64,000 nucleotides of DNA from a virus (taxonomy: Duplodnaviria; Heunggongvirae; Uroviricota; Caudoviricetes), in the IMG/VR virus record IMGVR_UViG_3300005512_000002, positions 64,001-128,000 of that record; one strand, given 5' to 3'. The position numbers and the translations under genes are program-made. Within the stretch, counting starts at the first letter, position 1, and each line of letters starts with the position of its first letter. Below the pieces are notes generated by a model. The model ran no database searches. It was not told the origin of the DNA and saw only the letters and a program-made list of their open reading frames with translations. Shown here piece by piece: positions 55,913-64,000 of this stretch.

Positions 55913-55979
55913 GGAGCTTTCTCCGATCGGTGTCTTGCGGGGCGAAAAAGCCGGGCGCAGGGGCCGCCGCCTGTCATTC

Positions 55980-56010
55980 GATACTACGGCCAATTTTGAA
56001 GTGGATTCAC
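55980..56010 (-). promoter_or_regulatory. GTGAATC-N13-GCCGTAGTATC promoter-like motif upstream of the tube gene
   Basis: Identical blocks and spacing to 30927-30957. Confidence 0.7.
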
Positions 56011-56019
56011 GGTCGCCGA

Positions 56020-56799
56020 TCAGCCGACGAACTCGATTTCCAAGTCGATCATCGCCCGGTACTGCTCCTTGTCGGAGCCATTTCGCTTCGGGCTCAGATT
56101 TGTCGCATGCGGTCGGCGCACGACCGGGGCGTAATGCACGAACTGGGCACCCGAGTTCCAGCGGGTGTCGATGGCGCCGCCGTAGCCCAGCGGGTGGTGC
56201 TCAGTCAGATCCCAGACGGGGAACAGGCCCAGTTTCTTGCGCAGCAGTCCGGCCAGGCTCTTGCGCTGGCCGTCGGTGCGGGCCAGCAGGTCCACGGTCA
56301 CCTGGTAGATCAGAAACTCGCTGCTGCTGCCCAGCGAATAGGGTCGCCCGCGTTCATCGGGCACCTCGTAGGCGATCACCGGCAGGTCCAGAACCTCCAG
56401 GTCCTCGCGCTCGGGGTACCCCTCGCGGACCAGGGCGTCAAACTCGGTAAAGTCCGCCGTGACCACCCCGCCGGGATTACCGTCAAAGATGACCCAGCCG
56501 TTCTCGTAGTCCACGGCGTACAGCCCGCTGGGCACTTCGGTCCCGTCCACGTAGACAGTGACCATGCCCGGGATGGTCTGCACGGCCTCGTCGATGGGTA
56601 CCCAGCCATGGGAACTGCCGGCCACCGTGGCCCCCTGGCCGTAGGTCCAGGCGGTGGCCCAGTCGTACTGGTCGGCATCCAACGTCGCCAGGTGATCGAG
56701 GGTCTGACCGGTGCGCACGGTCATCCACCCGTTGTTGCGCAGGATCTGCCACAGCCGGTAGCGCAGGGAGCCCGAAATGTTGGTCTGCACGCTGCTCAT
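56020..56799 (-). CDS. Putative tail completion/terminator protein
   Basis: LPVIAYEV...YQVTVDLLARTDGQRKSLAGLL terminator-like pattern with an inserted beta module; ATGA overlap start. Confidence 0.6.
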   Translation of the reverse strand: MSSVQTNISGSLRYRLWQILRNNGWMTVRTGQTLDHLATLDADQYDWATAWTYGQGATVAGSSHGWVPIDEAVQTIPGMVTVYVDGTEVPSGLYAVDYENGWVIFDGNPGGVVTADFTEFDALVREGYPEREDLEVLDLPVIAYEVPDERGRPYSLGSSSEFLIYQVTVDLLARTDGQRKSLAGLLRKKLGLFPVWDLTEHHPLGYGGAIDTRWNSGAQFVHYAPVVRRPHATNLSPKRNGSDKEQYRAMIDLEIEFVG

Positions 56800-57548
56800 T
56801 GGCCGGTCCTCAACCATTGCAGGGTTCGGGCGCGGGCGCGTTCCATGGCCTGCTTGACCGGGTGGTAGCCGCCGGCCCGGGCCTCGGTGATCATCTGCCG
56901 GTAGATGTTCCAGGCATTGAAGCCCTCGTGCGGCTCGACGAACTTTTCGGCTCGTCCGAACTCGGGGTAGGCGAAGAACAACGGCTCGTGCAGGGCCACC
57001 ATGATGCCCTCGCCGTGCTTGCCGGCCATGCGATCCTGCACGTACTGCAGCAGATTCTGCTTGTCGCCGGCATCGAGGTTCAACCGCTCGCCCGCCTGCT
57101 GGGCCAGGGCCAGGGCCTGGCCCAGGGGCAGAAAGCCGTAGACCCGGCTTTCCCCCATACGGCCCTGGTAGCCGCTCTCGAACAGGGCGAACCAGCCGGG
57201 ATAGGCCGGATCGCCCTTGCCCCGATTGCTGGTCCGGCGGTAGACCTGTTCCAGGTTGAACAAGCTCATCTGCACGTCCGGCACCCCCCCGCCGCGATCA
57301 ATCAGCACCGTCTCCTGGTACAGGGCATGGGCCAGTCGTTCCTGCAGGCTGGGCTCGCCGTCGATCCGCTGTCGCTTGTGGACCTGGTACAGCCGCCGGA
57401 GGCGGGCGACCATCTCGGCGGCGATCTTCTCAAGCTCGAACTTGAGGAATTGCATCATGACCCGGCCGACCTGGCGCATGCGGGCCCCGTTGACGGGCAT
57501 GGTCTGTCCGCCGACCACGAGACTCACGCTGATATCGCTCTGGGGCAT
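56796..57548 (-). CDS. Putative neck/tail component (250 aa)
   Basis: Synteny between head-closure-like and terminator-like genes. Confidence 0.5.
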   Translation of the reverse strand: MPQSDISVSLVVGGQTMPVNGARMRQVGRVMMQFLKFELEKIAAEMVARLRRLYQVHKRQRIDGEPSLQERLAHALYQETVLIDRGGGVPDVQMSLFNLEQVYRRTSNRGKGDPAYPGWFALFESGYQGRMGESRVYGFLPLGQALALAQQAGERLNLDAGDKQNLLQYVQDRMAGKHGEGIMVALHEPLFFAYPEFGRAEKFVEPHEGFNAWNIYRQMITEARAGGYHPVKQAMERARARTLQWLRTGQ

Positions 57549-57552
57549 GTTG

Positions 57553-57590
57553 CTTCCGGGGTCGAACTTCCGGGGTTAAACTTCCGGGGG
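57553..57590. repeat. Three CTTCCGGGG units with 14-bp period filling the intergenic gap
   Basis: Copies at 57553, 57567, 57581. Confidence 0.95.
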
Positions 57591-58088
57591 TCAGTCGTCG
57601 CGTTTCACCACGAACTCGGTGATCACGTAGCTGAGCAGCCCCCGATTCCACGGCTGGCCCACCAGGTGGCAGCGCACGCCATCGACCAGGAAATACTCGG
57701 CTTGCTCGACGGTGCTGCGCTTGGTGCTGGGCACTTTGATCTTGGCGTGCCCTTCCGGCAGCTTGCCTTGCGGCAGCCGGGCGTCGTCCTGCTTGCCGGC
57801 GTTGGACCAGCGCACGTTGGCGTTGGCGATGCGCACCTGCTGCTGAGTCTGGAGGCGACCCTTGCCTCCGCAGACCGGGCAGGCCCCCTGGTCAAACGGT
57901 TGCGGCCCGGTCCGGTTCCACGTGCCGGTTGAGCATTTGTGGGCCGAGTCCCAATGGCAGTTGTTGCACTGGGTGAAGCTGCCCGACATGACAGCCACGA
58001 AGGTGGACCGTTGGGCCAGGGCAGTGTTGACCTGGCTGACCTTGGTCCGGTACAGTCGATCGAGGGCGGGGGTAATGGGCAAAGCCAC
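57591..58088 (-). CDS. Putative head-closure/stopper protein with Zn-finger
   Basis: CNNC...C...CPVCGGKG insertion; C-terminal YFLVDGVRCHLVG...FVVKRD beta pattern. Confidence 0.6.
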   Translation of the reverse strand: MALPITPALDRLYRTKVSQVNTALAQRSTFVAVMSGSFTQCNNCHWDSAHKCSTGTWNRTGPQPFDQGACPVCGGKGRLQTQQQVRIANANVRWSNAGKQDDARLPQGKLPEGHAKIKVPSTKRSTVEQAEYFLVDGVRCHLVGQPWNRGLLSYVITEFVVKRDD

Positions 58089-58106
58089 GGGCGTCTCCTG
58101 TCAGGT

Positions 58107-58802
58107 TCAGGTGCTGGTGTCACCGGTCGAGTCCTGCTCCAAGCCCGCCCGCGATCGGGTCGTGTCGTAATGTCCCGCGAACCGTTTGACCAGCACGTTC
58201 CTGACCTGCTGGTCGTACCGTTTCGATCGCCGCTGGGTAGCCCGGTCCTGGGCCCCGGCGGCCTTGCTGGTGTCGATGGTGGTGTCCCCGTCCTTGATCA
58301 GGATGGCCTCGTCGGCGGCCCTGGCCCCCTTGCTGTCGGCGACCACCAGGGCGGTTTTCAAGACCAGCAGTCCGCGCACGTCCGCCACCAGTTCATCGCG
58401 CCCGTCGGCCCAGTCGTCGGGGATCTCGTAGATCCACTCGTTGTTGTCGTCCACCTCCCAGTCGAGGTCCAGGTCCCCACCCACTTCCCGGGCGGCGTCG
58501 GCGAGAAACGCCTGGACCTCGTCGTCGGAATAGGTGGTCTGGGTGTAGGTGACCACGACCGTCGCCCCGTTGGTCAGGGCCTCGGCGAAAACAAGCACGT
58601 TGACATCCTGGGTTACCTGGTCGGTATCCACCGCCACCTGGTCCACGCTGATCGACAGCAGGGTGATGGTGCCGGTGTTGTTGAGCACGATGGTGTCGGT
58701 GCCGTCGGACACCTGGGTTTCGCGCACCCTCTGGGCGGTATCGCCAATGGCGCGGCGGGTCCAGTCCAGGATGCTGCTGAATTGGAAGTCGATGTTGGCC
58801 AT
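58107..58802 (-). CDS. Putative head-tail adaptor/connector protein
   Basis: WTRRAIGD...YSDDEVQAFLADA...IKDGDTTIDTS pattern; synteny. Confidence 0.6.
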   Translation of the reverse strand: MANIDFQFSSILDWTRRAIGDTAQRVRETQVSDGTDTIVLNNTGTITLLSISVDQVAVDTDQVTQDVNVLVFAEALTNGATVVVTYTQTTYSDDEVQAFLADAAREVGGDLDLDWEVDDNNEWIYEIPDDWADGRDELVADVRGLLVLKTALVVADSKGARAADEAILIKDGDTTIDTSKAAGAQDRATQRRSKRYDQQVRNVLVKRFAGHYDTTRSRAGLEQDSTGDTST

Positions 58803-58821
58803 GGTCAATTGCCTTCTGTCT

Positions 58822-59157
58822 TTACGCGGTCACGTAGGCCGCCTGGCGTTCCATGAGCACGGTGACCTGCCGTTCGTTGGCCTGGCCCGGGCTGGTGATG
58901 GCCACCGCGTACAGCCGGTAGGTGCGGCCGCTCTGCATGTTGGCGGTGGGCCCCAGCAGTCCCTCGTATTCGCCATCGGAGCCCTCGACGTAATCGAAGG
59001 TCACCGAGCCGCCGGTGACCGACTCGTCACGGTGGGTCTTGAGGGTGCCGGTCACCTGGGCGTTGTTGATGTACGCGCCGGTGGCCTTCCATTGCAGCCC
59101 GCTGATGGTGATTTTGTTATGGCTGCCGATCTTGAACGTGCCGGTGACTTCCGCCAT
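58822..59157 (-). CDS. Small beta-rich virion protein (111 aa)
   Basis: GGAGG SD; Ig-like composition. Confidence 0.65.
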   Translation of the reverse strand: MAEVTGTFKIGSHNKITISGLQWKATGAYINNAQVTGTLKTHRDESVTGGSVTFDYVEGSDGEYEGLLGPTANMQSGRTYRLYAVAITSPGQANERQVTVLMERQAAYVTA

Positions 59158-59188
59158 GGCATCTGTCCTCCCATCTGTCTCAGCTTGC

Positions 59189-59491
59189 CTAACTTGCCGG
59201 GCATTCGCCTGTCACCGGGGTGGTGGCGGCCGACTCCACGTCATGCAGCGCGGCGGTGGCTGCTGATGATACGGCCAGGCTGCCTTGCGTCTCGGCACTG
59301 GCAATGTCCTGCTCGGCGGCCACCGTTCCGCCATTCACGTCCATGATCGAGGTGACGTTGACCGACTCGAAGCATGCCTCCATGATGAGGTTGATGCTCA
59401 TGCACATGGGCAGCAGCGTCATGCCGACGCGATCGCGGGCATCGAGCCGGTTGTTCACCAGGGGGAACAGTCGCATGTACTGCAGGGCCAT
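59189..59491 (-). CDS. Hypothetical protein (100 aa)
   Basis: GGAG SD; fills the operon gap. Confidence 0.55.
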   Translation of the reverse strand: MALQYMRLFPLVNNRLDARDRVGMTLLPMCMSINLIMEACFESVNVTSIMDVNGGTVAAEQDIASAETQGSLAVSSAATAALHDVESAATTPVTGECPAS

Positions 59492-59504
59492 GGGTCACTC
59501 CGAA

Positions 59505-61973
59505 CTAGGCCTGCCAGGCCACCGCGTCCTGCTGCTGGGCGATGGAGGTCTCGCCCAGGGCCTGCGTACCCAGCAGGCTTCCGTTGGCGGCGTAGAACTC
59601 GTACTGCTGCTCGACGGCGTCCATGATGACCTTGCCGTAGAAGCGGTGGTAGACCAGGTTCATCATCTGGGGCCAGTTATCCGGCCCGCCGGTCGGCACG
59701 GTGGTGGCGACCAGATTCAAGCCGCTGGCCGAAAGGGCGTAGCCGTTCTTGTCGGCGTTGGAGCCCACGGTCACGCGCCCGAAGGCGTCGGTGGCCAGCG
59801 TCTGGCTGGGGGTGGTCAGCACCAGGTCAGCCGGGCTCTGGCCTGCCAGGTAGCCGCCGACCGTGACATTGCCGCTGGGCTGCCGTGACAGGATGCTGGC
59901 GTCCAGGTAATCCAGGGCGTTGGCTCGCGCCTGGGTGAGCCGATCGTCGTGCAAGGCATTGACCTTGGTCTGCATACCGGTGAGGATGGCCAGGTTGTCG
60001 AGGTACCCGGCCCGCGTGGCCGTCAGCCGGCTGTCGTGCAACGTATCGACCTTGGCGGCCAGGGCGTCGATCTCGGCGTCCCGGGTGCCGGCGGTAAGCG
60101 TGCGGGTGTCGCTCGACCAGAAGTCGGCTGCCGCCGTCACGTCCAGGGCGTCGGTCTGGGCACTGAAGCTGCCGCCCTTGATGTCGGTGAGGTGGGTGAT
60201 GATCGTGGCCTGGCTATCCGCCGTGGGCCAGGAGACCGGAATGGTGTCCGTCTTGGCCTTGATGGCGTCGATCTGGTCGTCCCGGGTCCCGGCGGTGAGC
60301 GTACGGGTCTGGTTCGCCCAGACATCGGCCGCCGCCGACACGTCCAGGGCGTCGGTCGCAGCGTTGAAGTTCTCGCCCTTGATGTCGGTCAGGTGGGTCA
60401 CCAGCACACTTTGGATCTCACTGACGGCACTGGCGGCCAGCACGTCGCTGGTAATCGCGTCGGCCGCGAAGCTGGCGGCGGAAATGGCCCCGGCGGCCAG
60501 CACCCCGGCGGCGGTGCTCAAGTCGAGGGCGCCACTGCTCTGGCCGGTGCCGGTCAGGTAGCTGGTCGTGGGCAGCTTGCCGTAGATAGCGGCCAGCTTG
60601 CTGCGATCATCGGTGGTGAAGTTGACCGCCGTGGCGTCCACCACCACGGTGGTGTTGCCGTAGGCTCGGGTGTTGCCACCCTCGATGACGCTGAAGCTGA
60701 AGATCAACTGCTCCATGGCGTGGTCGCTGGCCACGGTGTAGGTCCAACGGTAATGGCCCGTGGCCACATTCGTCGCGGCTGACAGGTTGGCCGCGCGGTC
60801 GGTCCCTTCCTGATTGACCACGGTGAGTGTCGGGGTGGAGTCGGGGGCTTCCATGCTGCCCGCGTCGTCGTAGAGCATCAGTTCCAGGCGGTAGGCAACC
60901 GACCCGGCGTCCGGCCGTTCCATGCTGGCCGGCACCACCCGCACGCAGCGGGTGTTGTTCTGGATGCTGGTCACCTCGGTGCTGGCGGCCACGTTGCCGG
61001 TGATGTTCAGCTTATCGAGGTAGCCCATGCGCAGGGAGGTCACACCGGTGGCCCCCAGGCCCTGCTCGACCTCAAGCTGGATGGTGGCCAGGGCCCCGGC
61101 GGCCAAGCTGTTGACCTGGGCCACCTCGCCCAGGATCGCCCCGGTGTGGGTGGCGGCGGCCAGCAGCACCTTGCTGTCGGCGGCGTTGAGCACGATGGCA
61201 CTGCCGTTGCTGGTGATATTGGCCGCACTGGTCAGGGTCCGGGCCGTGGTGCTCCAGATTTCGGTCACGGCGGTGGTGGCCAGTTGAGCCGAGCCGATGG
61301 CATCGGTGGCGATCTTGGCGGCGGTGATGGCGTTGGCGGCGATCTTGGCCGCCGTCAGGAACCCATCGGCGAACTTGGCCGCCGTCAGGAATCCGTCGGC
61401 GAACTTGTCGGTGGTCAGGGCCCCGTCGGCGATGGCCGACGCCTGGATCGCGCCCGTGGCAATCTTGGAATCGCTGATGGCCCCGGTGCCGATGTTGCCG
61501 TTGCCGATCGCCCCGTTGGCCAGGACCGTGCTGGTGATGGCCCCACTGGCGAACTTGGCGGCGGTAACGGCCCCGCTGGCGATCTTCGCGGCGGTGATGG
61601 CCCCGTCAGCGAGCGTAACCCCGTTGTTGACGGTGTTGACCTGCCCGACGGTATCGTTGGCCGCATCGAAGTCGTTCAGTTCGCTGGCCCGCTTGGCGGT
61701 GATCTGTCCGAAGCTGCGCACGTCGGCGGTGGTCACCCCGTCGATGGTGGCCATGATGCGGCATTCGAGGTTCTGGCCCTCGGTGGCCCCGGACGGCACG
61801 CTGAACAGGCCCTTGTACACCCCGGTGGACTTGACGCTGATGCTGACCCCGTCGCCGTCTTCGCCATTAAGGACGATGATGCCGCTGGGTGCCACGTCCG
61901 GGGCGACGGCGTTCCCCTCGGCGTCGGTGGTGGTGAACTGGAAAGCGACGGTTTCACTGGCCTTGTAGCTCAT
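59505..61973 (-). CDS. Fibre-like virion protein (822 aa) with 10-aa (ITAAKIA.GA) repeats
   Basis: About eleven 10-aa repeats near 61600-61280 plus two long repeats containing THLTDIKG...RTLTAGTRD. Confidence 0.7.
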   Translation of the reverse strand: MSYKASETVAFQFTTTDAEGNAVAPDVAPSGIIVLNGEDGDGVSISVKSTGVYKGLFSVPSGATEGQNLECRIMATIDGVTTADVRSFGQITAKRASELNDFDAANDTVGQVNTVNNGVTLADGAITAAKIASGAVTAAKFASGAITSTVLANGAIGNGNIGTGAISDSKIATGAIQASAIADGALTTDKFADGFLTAAKFADGFLTAAKIAANAITAAKIATDAIGSAQLATTAVTEIWSTTARTLTSAANITSNGSAIVLNAADSKVLLAAATHTGAILGEVAQVNSLAAGALATIQLEVEQGLGATGVTSLRMGYLDKLNITGNVAASTEVTSIQNNTRCVRVVPASMERPDAGSVAYRLELMLYDDAGSMEAPDSTPTLTVVNQEGTDRAANLSAATNVATGHYRWTYTVASDHAMEQLIFSFSVIEGGNTRAYGNTTVVVDATAVNFTTDDRSKLAAIYGKLPTTSYLTGTGQSSGALDLSTAAGVLAAGAISAASFAADAITSDVLAASAVSEIQSVLVTHLTDIKGENFNAATDALDVSAAADVWANQTRTLTAGTRDDQIDAIKAKTDTIPVSWPTADSQATIITHLTDIKGGSFSAQTDALDVTAAADFWSSDTRTLTAGTRDAEIDALAAKVDTLHDSRLTATRAGYLDNLAILTGMQTKVNALHDDRLTQARANALDYLDASILSRQPSGNVTVGGYLAGQSPADLVLTTPSQTLATDAFGRVTVGSNADKNGYALSASGLNLVATTVPTGGPDNWPQMMNLVYHRFYGKVIMDAVEQQYEFYAANGSLLGTQALGETSIAQQQDAVAWQA

Positions 61974-61975
61974 GG

Positions 61976-64000
61976 CTACGATCTCCGCGTCAGGAGCTTG
62001 TTTTCAAGCAGGGGTGAACCGATCATCCGCGAGCCGATGCCCACCGCCCCGGTGAGCGGCACCCACTCCAGGGCACCCCGGTCCCAATACTCACCGGTCG
62101 GCAATCTCTCAAACAGCACGGCGTCGTAATACAAGGGCAGGTCGCTGAACACCTCCCCGTCGTGCACGATGGGCAAGCTCACCGCCACGCCGGTGTCGAT
62201 GGCCGGGCTGGTCTTGGTCAATCGCCAGTCGCTGCTGGCGTCAACCAGTACGCTGGCTGCACTGGCCCCGGTGATGGCATTGCTGCCGGTCGCCGTGGCG
62301 TCGCTGGACAGGTTGTAGCTGCGGGTTTCACTGCCGGTGACGATGTCGGTGTAGTAACAGGCCGTGCTGGCACCCACGCAGATATTACTGTGCATGGTGA
62401 GGTTGACCGTGCCATCGGCCGACTCATCGACGTAGATCCCGTGGGTGCCGCCGACGCAGGTGTTGAACAGCAGGGTCAGGTCGTCTTCGACCGTCCAGTC
62501 GTTGTGCTGGGCCAGGTAGAAGACCTGGTGGTCGCAATCGGTGGCGATGCAGTTGACGATCTGCAGGCCGTCGCTCATTTTGCAATCGGTGTTCTTGTAA
62601 ATCGCCGACCAGAAGTCTTTCACCCCATCGAGGTCGGCGATCAGGCAATTGGCCAGCAGCATCGAGCCCAGGCTGCCGACCAGGTAGACCCCGGCGGCAT
62701 TGCCGGTGGTGCCGCTGTTGACGAAGATGGTCAGCCCTTCGATCTCGAAGCGCACGGAGCCGACGCCGCTGACCTGAATCGCTGCAGCGGCGCCTCCCAG
62801 AGGTGCCGTGGAGACACTGGCGCGATCGGCCAGGGCCACGCCTGCGGCGGTGCCGTCGTGCCGGTAATCGGGATGGGCCCGGATCACAACCGGGTCCCAG
62901 TAGCTGCTGGACGTGCCGGTCCATTGGTAGAAGTTGACGTAGCCGGCATCGCCGCCGTAGACGGTGCACACCTGCCACGGGTCGGCGATGGTCTCGGTCG
63001 CCATGGCCGTCTCGAACGCCGCCAGGCTGCTGTAGTTCGGACTGGGAGCCGGGTTCTGCTCCGTGAACGGATGGTTGCCGCCACTGGGCACGATGATCGA
63101 AGTCACCGGCCGTCGCTCCCAGGCCCCCAGGTCCCACGCGCCTTGGTAGCCACGGTCCGCACCGGTGGCGTCGTAGGCGGTGCCGTAGCCCAAATCCGGC
63201 AGGGTCAGGGCCACACCTCCGCCGTAAGCGGCATTGCCATTGTGCTTGAAACGGCCGGCGGCGGCCGAGCCGATGATGTCACTGACCGCATAGCCGGTGT
63301 AGTAAGTGCTCGCCCCCACGCTGGCGGTGTTGTCCGTGCTGAGATTGTAATCCCGGGTCAGGGTGCCGCTGTGCCACTGGAAATCGTAGACGGAATGCCC
63401 CACCGCGATGTTGTTCTTGGCCGTGACGTTGAGGGTGGTGCCGCTGTCCTGACGGACAAAGAATCCCACCACCCCGTTGTGGCTGACATTCCCGTAGAGG
63501 TAACCGTTCAGCGTACCGTTGAAGGTGCGCATGCGATAGGTCTGCGACCAGGTGTTGTGGGCGACATTGTTGATCATGTAGGCCGGCGCCGAGCCATCGC
63601 CTGCGATGCTGATCATGTCGATGGCCCATTTCAACTGGCCACCACCCGCCGGGGTGACCGGCGCAAACATGCAATTGGCAACCACGATCCCCGTACAATT
63701 CTGGTTTTGGATCGCAATGCCGGCGTTCGACCCGCTCGGGTCACGCATGGTGATGGTGTCGGCCAGCTTGAACGCCAGGCCGTCGATCTGCAGGTACGAG
63801 GGGTTGCTGGCCGAGTTCTGGCAGAAATCAGCGACTGTGATGTGGTTGCCGCTCACCGGCATGACGTAGCCGCCGGGGTAGCTTGGCTGCATCTCGATGT
63901 AGGCCCCGTAGTCGGCGTAGGCGGGGATACCGCAGAGATTGTGGCGGTGCTCCAGCGGCACGTAGATCCGCACGTACTCCGTGGCGCTGAACGCATAGAG
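61976..64000 (-). CDS. Parallel beta-helix (pectin-lyase-like) virion protein, 5' end outside window
   Basis: Frame open to window edge (LYAFSATEYVRIYVP...); N-rich ladders; two modules ending WDLGAWE and WDRGALE. Confidence 0.7.
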   Translation of the reverse strand, partial: LYAFSATEYVRIYVPLEHRHNLCGIPAYADYGAYIEMQPSYPGGYVMPVSGNHITVADFCQNSASNPSYLQIDGLAFKLADTITMRDPSGSNAGIAIQNQNCTGIVVANCMFAPVTPAGGGQLKWAIDMISIAGDGSAPAYMINNVAHNTWSQTYRMRTFNGTLNGYLYGNVSHNGVVGFFVRQDSGTTLNVTAKNNIAVGHSVYDFQWHSGTLTRDYNLSTDNTASVGASTYYTGYAVSDIIGSAAAGRFKHNGNAAYGGGVALTLPDLGYGTAYDATGADRGYQGAWDLGAWERRPVTSIIVPSGGNHPFTEQNPAPSPNYSSLAAFETAMATETIADPWQVCTVYGGDAGYVNFYQWTGTSSSYWDPVVIRAHPDYRHDGTAAGVALADRASVSTAPLGGAAAAIQVSGVGSVRFEIEGLTIFVNSGTTGNAAGVYLVGSLGSMLLANCLIADLDGVKDFWSAIYKNTDCKMSDGLQIVNCIATDCDHQVFYLAQHNDWTVEDDLTLLFNTCVGGTHGIYVDESADGTVNLTMHSNICVGASTACYYTDIVTGSETRSYNLSSDATATGSNAITGASAASVLVDASSDWRLTKTSPAIDTGVAVSLPIVHDGEVFSDLPLYYDAVLFERLPTGEYWDRGALEWVPLTGAVGIGSRMIGSPLLENKLLTRRS

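Noticed and set aside
54980-58802. Contractile tail sheath gene
   Set aside because: No gene of suitable size or sequence between neck and tube genes; it could still lie outside the window.

Overview
High-GC segment of a large tailed-phage genome (jumbo-phage-like). All credible genes are on the minus strand; the long plus-strand ORFs are GC-rich shadows. In transcription order (64 kb to 0): virion/fibre proteins, putative head-tail joining genes, major tail tube, two paralogous tail-assembly-chaperone-like genes, a 5,162-aa tape measure protein with inserted repeated domains, and tail-tip/hub genes. An ~11-kb island then interrupts the tail module. It holds 36 tRNA genes covering all 20 amino acids, interleaved with small accessory genes (HNH, HAD, macro domain, thermonuclease, MmcB-like, tandem MazG-like). 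A MerR-type HTH gene then leads a second block of very large tail-tip/fibre-like proteins. No sheath gene was recognised, so a long non-contractile tail is likely. Most striking: two tandem circularly permuted tRNA-like elements with no intact anticodon loop inside the Arg tRNA block (27316-27546), several non-canonical tRNAs (8/4-fold Ser, C33, A54, C8), a CCCCGGAAG motif with about 35 copies concentrated at gene and tRNA boundaries, and a conserved GTGAATC-N13-GCCGTA promoter-like motif. All tRNA folds, motif counts and protein family calls were made by eye without database searches.
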